Source: Hyphomicrobiales bacterium
GTDB taxonomy: Bacteria; Pseudomonadota; Alphaproteobacteria; Rhizobiales; Xanthobacteraceae
NCBI GenBank assembly: GCA_003140315.1
Contig: PLJS01000101.1
Span: 4,252-68,251 of the forward strand
Length of the DNA: 64,000 nt
Reading direction: 5' to 3'
Under the pieces are notes generated by a model that saw only the letters and a list, made by a program, of their open reading frames with translations, searched no databases and was not told the DNA's origin. Positions 36,687 to 46,938 of this stretch are shown here, piece after piece. Numbering within the stretch: the first letter of the stretch is position 1; each line of letters opens with the position of its first letter. The position numbers and the translations under genes are program-made.

Positions 36687-39560
36687 TCACGTGAGCGCTT
36701 GCGCAACGGCATCCTTGAGCGTCGTCAGTCCGCCCGCGACATGCTCGCCGAGATGGATGCGCAGCACACGCCGGCCGCGTTCGGCCAGCACCTGAAGGTC
36801 CCCGCGCGCCTGCGCCGCCTGGACGATACCGAAGGTGTATTTCTGGTCTGGCACTTGGACATCGGGCAGGTCATCGCAAGTGATCTGAAGAAAGACGCCG
36901 GTGTTCGGCCCACCCTTGTAGGCCTGCCCGGTCGAATGCAGGAACCGCGGCCCGAAGCCGACGCATGTGGCGACGCGCTTGCGATCGCGGATCAGGACGC
37001 GGATGTCCTGCAGCGCGTCACGATGGCGCTTGTTGCGTTCGACATAGGCGAGCAGCGCGCAGTAGTCGCCGGCTTGAACTTGTCCGAAATGTACCGTGAG
37101 GTAGTCGACGAGCGTTTTGGCCTTCGCGAAAGACTTGCTGTTCTTCTCATCGACAAAGAGTGTCAGGCCGGCCTCTTCGAACAGCGGTGTCTCCGGCGGC
37201 AGTGTCCCGCTTTTCTCGTATGCGGTAGTAAGCTCGCGCGTCTCGTCCTTGCTGGCCTCGACGTCGGGCTGATCGAACGGATTGATGCCGAGGATCGCGC
37301 CCGCGACCGCGGTAGCAAACTCCCAGCGGAAGAATTCCTGGCCGATGTGATAACGGTCGGCGACAGCGATGCCTACGACCGGGTGACCTGCTCTCTCGAT
37401 CGCAGCGACTGCATCATCCTGCTTGGCATCCGCTCCGTTCGAAAGTCGCAGATAGACGAACAAGCGGTCCGGTCCGTAGACATCGGGCGACCCCAGCGGC
37501 TCGGCATCGACGGGAATGAGCCCCTTGCCCTGCTTGCCGGTCGATTCGGCGAGGAGCTGCTCGAGCCACGCTCCGAAGTCCGCGATGCCGGGCGACGCGA
37601 CGATGGTGACCTTGTCGCGGCCAGCCTTTCCGAGCACACCCAGGATGGTGCCGAGCGCGACGCCCGGATTGTCGGCCGGCGGCACATCGGCGCCGCAGGA
37701 GCGCACCATGATCTGCGCCGCGTCGAGCAGGCGGGTTAGGTCGATCCCCATCGTGGCCGCGGGTACGAGGCCGAAATCCGAGAGAACCGAATAGCGGCCG
37801 CCAATGCTTGGAATCCCGTAAGTGATATGGCGGAATCGATCGCGCTCGGCGATCGCCTGCAGTTTCGAGCCGGGATCGGTGACGGCGATGAAGCGCGATC
37901 CCGCCTTGTCGGCACCGACCGCACGCTTGGTGGATTCGAAAAAATACTGCTTCAGGATATTCGGCTCCAGCGTGCTGCCGGACTTGCTGGATACGATAAA
38001 AAGCGTCCGCGCAGGATCGATCTTGCTTTCGATCGTTCGGATCTGCGCGGGGTCGGTCGAGTCGAGGACCGACAGCTCGGGATGGCCCTTCTGGCTGCCG
38101 AAAGTCTCGGCAAAGACCTCCGGGCCAAGACTGGACCCTCCCATCCCGAGCAGAAGAACGTTGGTGAAGTCCTGCTGTTTGACGTCATCAGCCAACTTTG
38201 AGAGCGAGGCGACGCGCTTGCGCTGCTCCTCGACAATGTCGAGCCAGCCGAGCCATTTCGCCCCGTCGGAACCGGTCCACAGCGTTGCGTCACCGGCCCA
38301 GAGCCGGCGCACGTTCCCATCGCGCCGCCACGTTTCGAGCGAAGCCGCCACCATCTTCTCAAGCGCAGCGGGAAGCTTGATCGCCTGAGTGTCGAGCTTG
38401 TCGCCCAGCAACGCCGCGCGCTTTTGCGCCACCGCGCCGAGCAGCTTATCGAACGCATCGGCGAAGAGCTGCACCCCCTCTTCGACCAGCCTTGCCGTCG
38501 CGGCATCGATCGAGATGCCGGACCGCCCTAGGATCGCCATCGTCTGCCGGGCTTGATCGATATTCTCCTCAAGGCTCGCCCTTGCCTTTCCGTGATCGCG
38601 GAAGGCATCCAGTGTCGTGGGCGGAACCGTATTGACGGTATCGGGAGCGATCAGCTCCTCGACATAGAGCACATCGCTGTAGTCTTTGTTCTTCGTTCCG
38701 GTGCTGGCCCAAAGCAGGCGCTGCACGCGCGCGCCTTTTGCCTTCAGCTTCTCCCAACGTTCGCCCGCGAACAAACGCTTGTAGCTTTGATAGGCGAGCT
38801 TGGCATTGGCGATGGCGACTTTGCCTCGCAGGCTGGCCAGCGTTTCGCGTTGGCCCGCGTCCTTCGTCTGCGGAAGGCGCTCGTCGATGAGCTTGTCCAC
38901 CGCCACATCGATGCGGCTCACGAAGAAGCTAGCGACGCTTGCGATCTTGCTTGGATCCCCGCCCTGCGCGACCAGATATTCCAGTCCTGCCAGATAGGCT
39001 TCGACGACCTCTTCATAGACCTGCTGCGAGAACAACAGCGTGATATTGACGTTGATGCCTTCGCCGATGAGTTTGCGGATCGCCGGCAGGCCCTGTTTGG
39101 TCCCCGGCACCTTGATCATCAGATTGTCGCGGCCGACCGCGTGCCGCAGCCGGCGCGCCTCGACCAGCGTCGCATCGGTGTTCATCGCCAGGTAGGGCGA
39201 GACTTCGAGGCTGACATATCCGTCGTGGCGCCCCGTCGCGTCGTAAACCGGCCGCAAGGCGTCCGCTGCGTTCTGGATATCTTCGATCGCGAGGTGTTCG
39301 TAAAGCGCCATGACGCCTTTGTCGCCATCGCTTTCCGCCGCCTTCAATGACGAATCATAATCGGCGCTACCCGCGATCGCCTTTTCGAAGATCGAAGGAT
39401 TGGAGGTGACGCCTGTCAGCCCATCCTGCTCGATGAGCGTCTTGAGATCGCCCTCGGCGAGGAAGCGTCGAGATAGGAAGTCGAGCCAGACGGCTTGCCC
39501 GAGATCATGCAAATGCCTGAGCGGGTTCACGGGAGTCTTCGTTTTAGTCTGCACGTTCAT
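36687..39560 (-). CDS. bifunctional transaldolase / glucose-6-phosphate isomerase fusion
   Basis: 957 aa. The N-terminal ~370 aa are transaldolase-like ([21 protein letters not shown]). The C-terminal ~560 aa are PGI-like ([22 protein letters not shown]). Confidence 0.92.
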   Translation of the reverse strand: MNVQTKTKTPVNPLRHLHDLGQAVWLDFLSRRFLAEGDLKTLIEQDGLTGVTSNPSIFEKAIAGSADYDSSLKAAESDGDKGVMALYEHLAIEDIQNAADALRPVYDATGRHDGYVSLEVSPYLAMNTDATLVEARRLRHAVGRDNLMIKVPGTKQGLPAIRKLIGEGINVNITLLFSQQVYEEVVEAYLAGLEYLVAQGGDPSKIASVASFFVSRIDVAVDKLIDERLPQTKDAGQRETLASLRGKVAIANAKLAYQSYKRLFAGERWEKLKAKGARVQRLLWASTGTKNKDYSDVLYVEELIAPDTVNTVPPTTLDAFRDHGKARASLEENIDQARQTMAILGRSGISIDAATARLVEEGVQLFADAFDKLLGAVAQKRAALLGDKLDTQAIKLPAALEKMVAASLETWRRDGNVRRLWAGDATLWTGSDGAKWLGWLDIVEEQRKRVASLSKLADDVKQQDFTNVLLLGMGGSSLGPEVFAETFGSQKGHPELSVLDSTDPAQIRTIESKIDPARTLFIVSSKSGSTLEPNILKQYFFESTKRAVGADKAGSRFIAVTDPGSKLQAIAERDRFRHITYGIPSIGGRYSVLSDFGLVPAATMGIDLTRLLDAAQIMVRSCGADVPPADNPGVALGTILGVLGKAGRDKVTIVASPGIADFGAWLEQLLAESTGKQGKGLIPVDAEPLGSPDVYGPDRLFVYLRLSNGADAKQDDAVAAIERAGHPVVGIAVADRYHIGQEFFRWEFATAVAGAILGINPFDQPDVEASKDETRELTTAYEKSGTLPPETPLFEEAGLTLFVDEKNSKSFAKAKTLVDYLTVHFGQVQAGDYCALLAYVERNKRHRDALQDIRVLIRDRKRVATCVGFGPRFLHSTGQAYKGGPNTGVFLQITCDDLPDVQVPDQKYTFGIVQAAQARGDLQVLAERGRRVLRIHLGEHVAGGLTTLKDAVAQALT

Positions 39561-41653
39561 GGTGTCCCCTTGGAATTTGCGATCTGCTCCTTCGCGGCGG
39601 CAAGCACCTTATCCGGCGTAAAGCCGAATTTCGTGAGCAGGTCCTTGAGCGGTGCCGAAGAGCCGAATGTGTTCATGCCGACCTTGGCGCCGGTCATCCC
39701 GACATAGCGGTCCCAGCCGATCACCGAACCCATCTCGGCCGAGACGCGCGCCGTGACGTTCGGCGGAAGAACCTCATCGCGGTAAGCCTTATCCTGCTGC
39801 TCGAACAGCTCCCAGGATGGCATGCTGACCACGCGCGCCGGAATGCCGTCGTGCTTGAGATCCTCGTAGGCACCGAGACAGAGCGCGACTTCGCTGCCCG
39901 TGCCGATCAATATCACGTCGGGCTTGCCGTCGCCGGCGTCCGCCAAAACGTAAGCCCCGCGCCGCAAACCGACGGCCGGCGCGTAGCGCGTGCGGTCGAA
40001 TGTCGGCAGCGGCTGGCGGCTCAGCACGATGGCTGCCGGCTGATGCTTCAGCCCGATCATGACGCGCCAAGCTTCGCCGACCTCATTAGCATCGGCGGGC
40101 CGCAGTGTGATCAAGCCGGGGACGCTGCGCAGCGCGAGCAACTGCTCGACCGGCTGATGCGTCGGTCCGTCCTCCCCGACGCCGATCGAGTCGTGCGTGA
40201 AGACATAGATGACCGGGAGCTCCATCAGCGCCGCCAACCGGATGGGCGGTTTCATATAATCGGAAAAAATGAGAAAGCCCGCACCGAAAGCCCTGATTTT
40301 CGACAGTGCAAGCCCGTTGAGGATCGCCCCCATGGCGTGTTCGCGAATACCGAAGTGCAGATTGCGCGCGCCCGGCGCATCCGCTTCCAGATCGCCAGCG
40401 CCCTCGAATGTGAGGCGCGTCTTGGTCGATGGCGCGAGATCGGCCGCGCCTCCGATCAGCCAGGGGTGATGCGACGCGATGGCGTTGAGCACTTTGCCGG
40501 AAGAATCTCGGCTGGCAATCCCCTTCACGTCGGCCGGAAAGACCGGCAAATCCGCGTCCCACCCCTCGGGCAGTTCGCGCCGCTGCATGAGGTCGATCTG
40601 ATCCGCAAGGTCGGTATGTTTCTTTCGGTACGATTCGAACAGCGCGTTCCACGCCTCATGCAAATTTCGGCCGCGCCGGGCCATGCCGTCGCGGAAATGC
40701 TCGTGCACGCCGCCCGGCACCAGGAACTTCGCGTCCTCCGGCCAGCCGTAACTGCGCTTGGCGAGGCGTATCTCCTCCTCGCCGAGCGGCTCACCGTGAG
40801 CCGCGCTTGTATCGTGCTTGTGCGGGGCGCCATAACCGATATGGCTGTCAACGATGATGAGGGTCGGCACGTCCTTGGTGCGCCGGAAGGTCTCGAGCGC
40901 CTCCCCCAGGCGCTCGGTGTCGTTGGCGTCGCCCACGTGAAGCACGTCCCACCCATAGGCCAGGAAGCGTGCCGCGACGTCGTCGCTGAATGCCAAATCC
41001 GTGTGGCCCTCGATCGTGATCCGGTTGCTGTCATAGATCCAGCACAAGTTGCCAAGCATCTGATGTCCGGCGAAGGAAGCTGCTTCGCTCGACACGCCCT
41101 CCATCATGTCGCCGTCGCCGCACACGGCATAGACGTCGTAATCGAACACCGTGAAGTCCGGCCGATTGAAGTGTTTGGCGAGCCACCGTCCGGCAAGCGC
41201 TATGCCGACGCTGTTGCCGCAGCCCTGCCCGAGCGGGCCCGTGGTGGTCTCGACGCCCGATGTCAGGTGATATTCGGGATGGCCGGGGCATTTGCTGCCA
41301 AGCTGGCGAAACCGCTTGATGTCCTCAAGCGTGACCGCGGGCTCGCCAAGCCGTTCGTATTTCGCGTTGACGGCTTTGACGCCCGTGAGATGGAGCACGG
41401 AGTAAAGCAGCATCGAGGCATGGCCGTTTGACAGCACGAAACGGTCTCGATTTGGCCAGATCGGATCGTCGGGATCGAATCGCAGGAATTCTTGCCAGAT
41501 CGTGTAGACCAGCGGCGCCAGCGCCATCGGTGTCCCGGGATGGCCGGAGCCTGCTTGTTGGACAGCGTCCATCGACAAGGTGCGAATCGTGTTGATGCAG
41601 AGGCCATCGATGCCTGGGGAATGCGTTCCGCCGGTTGCTGCAACAGACTGCAT
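39557..41653 (-). CDS. tkt: transketolase
   Basis: In-frame ATG 41653. Motifs GSGHPGTPMALAP, GDGDMMEG and THDSIGVGEDGPTHQPVEQL. The stop overlaps the tal-pgi start (ATGA). Confidence 0.92.
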   Translation of the reverse strand: MQSVAATGGTHSPGIDGLCINTIRTLSMDAVQQAGSGHPGTPMALAPLVYTIWQEFLRFDPDDPIWPNRDRFVLSNGHASMLLYSVLHLTGVKAVNAKYERLGEPAVTLEDIKRFRQLGSKCPGHPEYHLTSGVETTTGPLGQGCGNSVGIALAGRWLAKHFNRPDFTVFDYDVYAVCGDGDMMEGVSSEAASFAGHQMLGNLCWIYDSNRITIEGHTDLAFSDDVAARFLAYGWDVLHVGDANDTERLGEALETFRRTKDVPTLIIVDSHIGYGAPHKHDTSAAHGEPLGEEEIRLAKRSYGWPEDAKFLVPGGVHEHFRDGMARRGRNLHEAWNALFESYRKKHTDLADQIDLMQRRELPEGWDADLPVFPADVKGIASRDSSGKVLNAIASHHPWLIGGAADLAPSTKTRLTFEGAGDLEADAPGARNLHFGIREHAMGAILNGLALSKIRAFGAGFLIFSDYMKPPIRLAALMELPVIYVFTHDSIGVGEDGPTHQPVEQLLALRSVPGLITLRPADANEVGEAWRVMIGLKHQPAAIVLSRQPLPTFDRTRYAPAVGLRRGAYVLADAGDGKPDVILIGTGSEVALCLGAYEDLKHDGIPARVVSMPSWELFEQQDKAYRDEVLPPNVTARVSAEMGSVIGWDRYVGMTGAKVGMNTFGSSAPLKDLLTKFGFTPDKVLAAAKEQIANSKGTP

Positions 41654-42076
41654 CGTCACGTTGGTTTTCGGAGCGACATTCCGGACGCTTGTCGCGCGTT
41701 TGAGGGTAGAAGACACGATCCACACAGACGGGGAGAAGCGCGCGTCTTCAAGAACATGCTGATGTAGAGGATAGTTCCGCCACGATGGCGATCGTTAGTG
41801 GTAGCTCGTTCAACAAGTGGTGAAGCCGGTGGGGCGCTTTTGATGCGCGTCTGCGTTCTGGTACCGTTAGTCACCCATCTCGCTGGGGATTCGCCGGCAC
41901 AGGCCGCCGCGTACGAAACAACGCTCAATCGCTATCGCGGCGCCGCAACGTTTTTCTGCTCGTCCCTTGTTCGGCGTGATGCTGGGAATCGGAGAGAACG
42001 ACACACACCCTTCGGCACTTGAGGAGCCTGCGGCCTGGGTTCCTGTCGTATCGCTTTGCAAACTTCGGAGTCCGAG

Positions 42077-42922
42077 ATGGACGAAAATGCCGACCAGAAG
42101 AATTCGCCGGCCTATCGGTTGGCAGCGCTGGACCCGGACTTTCTGCTCGGCGACTCCATGCGCGGGGTGCGGCTGCAGCTCGAATATGAAAAAGCAGAGG
42201 AACGGCTTCGAGCTTGGGTCGTGCGCTCGACCATCGTCGTATTCGGAAGCGCACGGGTTCTTCCACGCGAGAGTGGCACCGAGGCTGTTTCTACAGCACA
42301 ACTCCCGCCGGGAGCGGTGCCGCGTCGAGGCGAACAATCAGCGCGATGGTATGACGAGGCTCGGCGCTTTGGGCGAATCGCGTCCGAGCGAGGCGGGGCG
42401 CTCCGGCCGCGCGATGGCATCCGCGACAATGTGATCGCAACCGGCGGCGGTCCCGGCATCATGGAAGCGGCAAACCGTGGAGCTTCGGACGCGGGAGCGC
42501 CGTCCATTGGCTTCAACATCGGGTTGCCGCATGAGCAGGAACCCAACGGCTATTCGACACCGGACTTGACTTTTCAGTTCCATTATTTTGCGGTGCGCAA
42601 ACTTCATTTCGCCATGCGCGCTAACGCACTTGTAGTTTTCCCGGGAGGCTTTGGCACGATCGACGAACTCTTCGAGTTACTGACGCTGATGCAAACCGCG
42701 AAGATGCCTGCGATTCCCGTCGTTCTCGTCGAGAAACAATATTGGACTCGCGTCATCAATTTCACGACGCTTCTCGACGAAGGAATGATTGCGCGTGCCG
42801 ACCTCGATTTGTTTTCCTATGCGGCCGATGCCGAGGATGCCTGGCAAGAGCTCATCAGGCGTGATTTGAACAGCGGGCCGCGTCCGGCGGGATACCCCTC
42901 AAAGATGACCCGACCTAAATAA
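42077..42922 (+). CDS. LOG-family (TIGR00730-type) nucleotide/cytokinin-riboside 5'-monophosphate phosphoribohydrolase homologue
   Basis: In-frame ATG 42077. Motifs TGGGPGIMEAANRGA and PGGFGTIDELFE. G+C drops part-way through the gene. Confidence 0.85.
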   Translation: MDENADQKNSPAYRLAALDPDFLLGDSMRGVRLQLEYEKAEERLRAWVVRSTIVVFGSARVLPRESGTEAVSTAQLPPGAVPRRGEQSARWYDEARRFGRIASERGGALRPRDGIRDNVIATGGGPGIMEAANRGASDAGAPSIGFNIGLPHEQEPNGYSTPDLTFQFHYFAVRKLHFAMRANALVVFPGGFGTIDELFELLTLMQTAKMPAIPVVLVEKQYWTRVINFTTLLDEGMIARADLDLFSYAADAEDAWQELIRRDLNSGPRPAGYPSKMTRPK

Positions 42923-42953
42923 GATTGAATTCGTTCCGGAAGGACCCCAATCG

Positions 42954-44114
42954 ATGACGCTGAAAACAACACTCCTTGCGGGAAACGCCATTGAGGTGGC
43001 GTTTCTGCAACAGCAGGGGCGCGATCCATTCACGGTAACACAGGAGCGGACGGCGCAGATTCAAGACGTGGCCAGTTGGATCGCCAGCTTCATCAGTGAA
43101 GCGAAATCAACGCTCGACATCGCGATCTACGACTTCCGCCTCCATGACGAGGCGGCGACTATCGTCGGGGATGCGTTACGGTCGCAAGCGCGCAAAGGGA
43201 CCCGCATACGCATTGTTTATGACCATTCCACCGATTCCGGCCTCGACTCCAGCGTCATACCCACTGCTGCCCCTGCGCATCTTGAGGCAGATCAGAAGCC
43301 GCCGGGGACCGACAGCTTTGTCCGCTCTTTTTCGGGTGTCGCAGAGTTCAAAGGTATCACCGGATACCGGGTCCTCATGCACAATAAGTACATTCTTCGT
43401 GATGCCGACGCCACGAATGCAGCTGTTTTCACCGGCTCTTCCAACTACACGAACGACTCCTGGGGGCTTCAAGATAACAACCTGTTGTGTCTGCGTTCGC
43501 AACAACTAGCATCATACTACGCGCAGAATTTCACCGACCTTTGGTCCCGCGGAAAGATCGTCGATTCGACTGGCCGCCGCGAGACAGGGACCATTCAGCT
43601 AAATAACGTGCCGGTGACGATTGCGTTTACGCCGGGTGAAAGCCCGGCGGTGTTGAAGGAAATCGTCGGAGCAATTGCGGCTGCCCGAAATCGGCTTTAC
43701 GTAGCGTCCGTTGTTCTGTCATCGGGACCGATTCTCGCAGCTCTGTCGGAGGCTATCGACCGAGGCTTGCCATTGGCTGGTCTGTTTGATGGCCCACAAA
43801 TGGACCAAGTCGAACGGCAGTGGAGGGCCGCGAATGTCGGAGCGGATAAGGTCAATACGTGGCAGAAAGTGGCGCACTACTTGGTACGCAAGAATTCCAT
43901 CCCCTACGATCGTCACAAGCCGTCCCAACCGCACAATTTCATGCACAATAAGCTTGTCGTCGCGGACGATACTGTTGTGACCGGGAGCTTCAATCTGTCC
44001 AATCATGCCATGGGCAACGCGGAAAATGTTCTGCTCATACGGGATCAGGCGCTCGCCGAGATATACGCGCGATATATTCAACTTTTGATGGCAAACTACG
44101 CCGTCAACTCATAA
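42954..44114 (+). CDS. phospholipase D superfamily protein with two HKD motifs
   Basis: 386-aa ORF with HNKYILRD...GSSNYT and HNKLVVADD...GSFNLS motifs. No signal peptide or TM segment is apparent. G+C is visibly lower than in flanking genes. Confidence 0.85.
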   Translation: MTLKTTLLAGNAIEVAFLQQQGRDPFTVTQERTAQIQDVASWIASFISEAKSTLDIAIYDFRLHDEAATIVGDALRSQARKGTRIRIVYDHSTDSGLDSSVIPTAAPAHLEADQKPPGTDSFVRSFSGVAEFKGITGYRVLMHNKYILRDADATNAAVFTGSSNYTNDSWGLQDNNLLCLRSQQLASYYAQNFTDLWSRGKIVDSTGRRETGTIQLNNVPVTIAFTPGESPAVLKEIVGAIAAARNRLYVASVVLSSGPILAALSEAIDRGLPLAGLFDGPQMDQVERQWRAANVGADKVNTWQKVAHYLVRKNSIPYDRHKPSQPHNFMHNKLVVADDTVVTGSFNLSNHAMGNAENVLLIRDQALAEIYARYIQLLMANYAVNS

Positions 44115-44155
44115 CGCAATTGCGTAAATGTCGATCTCGCGCGTCCCTCATCGCT

Positions 44156-45232
44156 TTAGACCAGAAGCTGCACGCCCGCGGCCGGCAGATTGACCGAGCA
44201 TGTGTCGCCGGCCGCGAGCAACTCTCCGGCCGTCGGGTTCCACTGCACCACGAGAAGCTCAAGATCGCCGGTGCGTATGCGATATTCCGCCTTCTCGCCG
44301 AGGAATACGCGGCCTTCAACGATGCCTGGCAGGGCGCCATCACTGCGGCTGAGCGAGATGGCCTCGGGACGGACAACCGCGTCGACGACACTACCGATCG
44401 TGACGGTCGCGTCCGTAGCGACAGTCCAGCGATGACCGACAATATCAAGCGTCACGCGGCCGCCGTCAGCCGCCAGCGCGGTGCCGCGGACGAGATTTGC
44501 GTTTCCAAGAAATCCCGCAACGAAGCGTGAGACGGGCTTCCGATACAGCTCCTCGGCCTTGCCGATCTGAACGATGCGGCCTTCGTTCATGATCGCGATG
44601 CGGTCGGAGATCGCCATCGCTTCCTCCTGATCGTGCGTGACATAGACCGTTGTGATTGCGAGTTCCTCCTGCAACCGCGATATCTCGCTCCGCATCTCCA
44701 CCCGCAGCTTGGCGTCGAGGTTGGATAGAGGTTCGTCGAACAGCAGCACACGCGGCTTGATCGCGATAGCGCGAGCGAGTGCTACGCGCTGCTGTTGGCC
44801 GCCGGACAACTCGCTGATCATCCGCCCGCCGAGCCCTTGCAGGCCAACCTGCCGCAGCCCCTGTTCGACGCCAGCATCGATCTTGGCGGCATTTTGGCGC
44901 TTGATGCGAAGCCCATAGGCAACGTTCTCGAACACCGAAAGATGCGGGAATAGCGCATAATTCTGGAACACGAATCCGATGTCGCGCCGGTTCGCCGGAA
45001 CGTTCGTCACGTTCGCGCCGTCGAAGAGGATTTCACCCGCCGACGGCTGCTGGAATCCTGCGATCATCCGCAGCGTCGTGGTCTTTCCGCAGCCCGACGC
45101 GCCGAGCAAGGTAAGAAACTCGCCCGGCTGAATTATAAGGTCGAGATCCTTCACGGCAGTGATGTCGCCGCGGCTCTCGTGTTGAAACGTGGCCGAAATG
45201 CCGCGCAGCCTGATCTCGAGCGATTTCGCCAT
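44156..45232 (-). CDS. ABC transporter ATP-binding protein (FbpC/PotA-like with TOBE tail)
   Basis: In-frame ATG 45232 (MAKSLEIRLRGISATF). Walker A GASGCGKTT, signature LSGGQQQRVALARAI and Walker B LLFDEPLSNLD. Confidence 0.9.
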   Translation of the reverse strand: MAKSLEIRLRGISATFQHESRGDITAVKDLDLIIQPGEFLTLLGASGCGKTTTLRMIAGFQQPSAGEILFDGANVTNVPANRRDIGFVFQNYALFPHLSVFENVAYGLRIKRQNAAKIDAGVEQGLRQVGLQGLGGRMISELSGGQQQRVALARAIAIKPRVLLFDEPLSNLDAKLRVEMRSEISRLQEELAITTVYVTHDQEEAMAISDRIAIMNEGRIVQIGKAEELYRKPVSRFVAGFLGNANLVRGTALAADGGRVTLDIVGHRWTVATDATVTIGSVVDAVVRPEAISLSRSDGALPGIVEGRVFLGEKAEYRIRTGDLELLVVQWNPTAGELLAAGDTCSVNLPAAGVQLLV

Positions 45233-45237
45233 GACGG

Positions 45238-46938
45238 TCACGTCCCGATTCGACTGATGCGAAGGCTCGGCGCAGTCATGCGCCGCAACGCGACGTTCAA
45301 CAGACCGGTGACTGCGACCACCACCGCGATGACGAACACCGAGAACGCCGCCGCCGGCCCGAGGGCGACCTCGGTCATGTTCTCGAGAATTTTCACCGTG
45401 ATCAGCGTCCAGTCGATCGAGACGAGGAAGATCGTGGCGCTGATCGCCGTCATGGAGCGGATGAACACCACGCCGAGTCCCGCAAAGAACGCTGGCAGGA
45501 TCAGGGGCAACATCACGCGCCGGAACGTGACGAGGTTGCTTGCACCGAGGCTGGCGGAGGCTTCCTCCATGCTTTTGTCGATCTGCTGTAGCAGTGCGAT
45601 TGTCGTGCGGATGCCGGTCGGGCTGTAGCGGAAGACGTAGCAGGCGATCAGGATCGTGGCGGTTCCGGTCAGCGCCAGCGGCTTGTCGTTGAACGCTAAC
45701 AGATAAGCGATGCCGACGATCGTGCCGGGCAGCGCATAGTTCAGCATGCTGACGACTTCCATAGCGCGCCTGCCGACGAACTTTGTACGTCCGATCAGAT
45801 ACCCAACAATGATGCCGTAGAGCCCGCCGAGCGGCATGCCGATGATGGCAACGATCAGCGTGTCTTTGATCGCCGGCAGTCCTTCGGTGAAGATGACGCG
45901 GTAATGGTCGAGCGTGAGGGTCTGGTTGGCGCCGAAGGCTTGGACGATTGAGGCCCAGAACAGCAGTGCGTAGAAATAGAGGATGAGCGCGACGGTCAGA
46001 ACGCAGAAGGTCAGGAGCGCGACCTTTGCCCCTGTCGACAAGGAGTCGCGCCGCGCCGACGCCGAGGCCTTGCCGGTGACCGTGACATAAGAGCGCCCGG
46101 CGACAACGCGCTCCTGCGCGTAGAACACAAGCCCGGCCGGCACGAGCAACAATAGCGAGAGGATCGCGCCGCTCCTCAGGTCGAACATGCCGGTGATCTG
46201 TAAGTAAGCTTCCGTAGGCAGCACGGAGAAATCGCTGCCCGCGAGGATCAGCGGTGTCGCGAAATCGGCGAGCGAGCAGCCGAATAGCAGCAGAAACGCG
46301 TTTGCGAGTGCCGGAATAATGAGCGGAATCGTGACAGTGCGGAACGCGTGCCAGCGCGAGCCCCCGAGACTGAATGAGGCCTCCTCGAAGTTGCTGCTGA
46401 TCGATGCCAGCATCGGCCGCAGCGCCAGATAGGCGATCGGGAAATAGGTCAGCGTCTCGGCAGCGAATGTGCTGGTGAGGCCGTACATCTGCGAATTCTT
46501 GATACCGAGCAGATCGTAGGTGATGAGGCCGCGCGGGCCGAACGAGAACACGAACGCGATGGAGGTCGTGAACGGCGGGGAAATGAGCGGCAAAAACGTC
46601 AGGCCGTCGATCAGGCGCGCGGTGCGGGGCCCAAGATTGGCGCGGTCTAGCGCGAGCGCGAAGGCAAGCCCGACGAGCGTGCCGGCCGCGCCGACAAGAA
46701 ACGCAAGCAGCAGACTGTTTCGCAGCGCGCGCAGATTGCTGGTGCTCTTGAGCGCCGCGAAGAGCGCGTCGAGTGTGAACCCGCCATCCGCCAGGAACGC
46801 ACGCAACAGCAGCATCACCAGCGGATAGACGATGAACGCCACCAGAAGCAGCCAAATCGCAAACAGCCCGGCGGCGCGCGCGAAGCTGCGGGGATGCGGT
46901 GCCATCGGCTGTGCCGACACGTTAACGCCGGTCATCAA
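45238..46938 (-). CDS. fused two-domain ABC permease (FbpB/iron(III)-type)
   Basis: 566-aa hydrophobic ORF with two BPD_transp_1-like halves, each carrying an EAA-like loop (EEASFSLGGSRWHAFRTVTIP and MEEASASLGASNLVTFRRVMLP). Confidence 0.9.
   Translation of the reverse strand: MMTGVNVSAQPMAPHPRSFARAAGLFAIWLLLVAFIVYPLVMLLLRAFLADGGFTLDALFAALKSTSNLRALRNSLLLAFLVGAAGTLVGLAFALALDRANLGPRTARLIDGLTFLPLISPPFTTSIAFVFSFGPRGLITYDLLGIKNSQMYGLTSTFAAETLTYFPIAYLALRPMLASISSNFEEASFSLGGSRWHAFRTVTIPLIIPALANAFLLLFGCSLADFATPLILAGSDFSVLPTEAYLQITGMFDLRSGAILSLLLLVPAGLVFYAQERVVAGRSYVTVTGKASASARRDSLSTGAKVALLTFCVLTVALILYFYALLFWASIVQAFGANQTLTLDHYRVIFTEGLPAIKDTLIVAIIGMPLGGLYGIIVGYLIGRTKFVGRRAMEVVSMLNYALPGTIVGIAYLLAFNDKPLALTGTATILIACYVFRYSPTGIRTTIALLQQIDKSMEEASASLGASNLVTFRRVMLPLILPAFFAGLGVVFIRSMTAISATIFLVSIDWTLITVKILENMTEVALGPAAAFSVFVIAVVVAVTGLLNVALRRMTAPSLRISRIGT

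Noticed and set aside
41654-42076. Longest intergenic region (423 nt), inspected for a tRNA, riboswitch or sRNA
   Set aside because: I found no cloverleaf or known riboswitch core. The only feature is a short GC palindrome plus T-run (about 41936-41956), whose stem is too short to be a convincing terminator. Most likely it is just the divergent promoter region for tkt and the LOG gene.
42077-44114. LOG plus PLD pair as an anti-phage defence system
   Set aside because: There is only two-gene adjacency and atypical GC. No other defence hallmarks are present (no neighbouring RM, abortive-infection, helicase, integrase or other defence genes), and the LOG protein looks like the ordinary housekeeping TIGR00730 type. 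I kept it only as a composition and HGT observation.
44115-44124. CGCAATTGCG palindrome between the convergent PLD and ATPase genes
   Set aside because: It is too short and loop-less to be a terminator. I noted it only as the approximate right edge of the low-GC patch.
45233-46855. Upstream extension that makes the FbpC-like ATPase ORF 899 aa (44156..46855)
   Set aside because: The extension runs in an alternative frame across the permease gene and has no ABC or other motifs. MAKSLEIRLRG at ATG 45232 gives a normal-length ATPase starting 5 nt after the permease stop.
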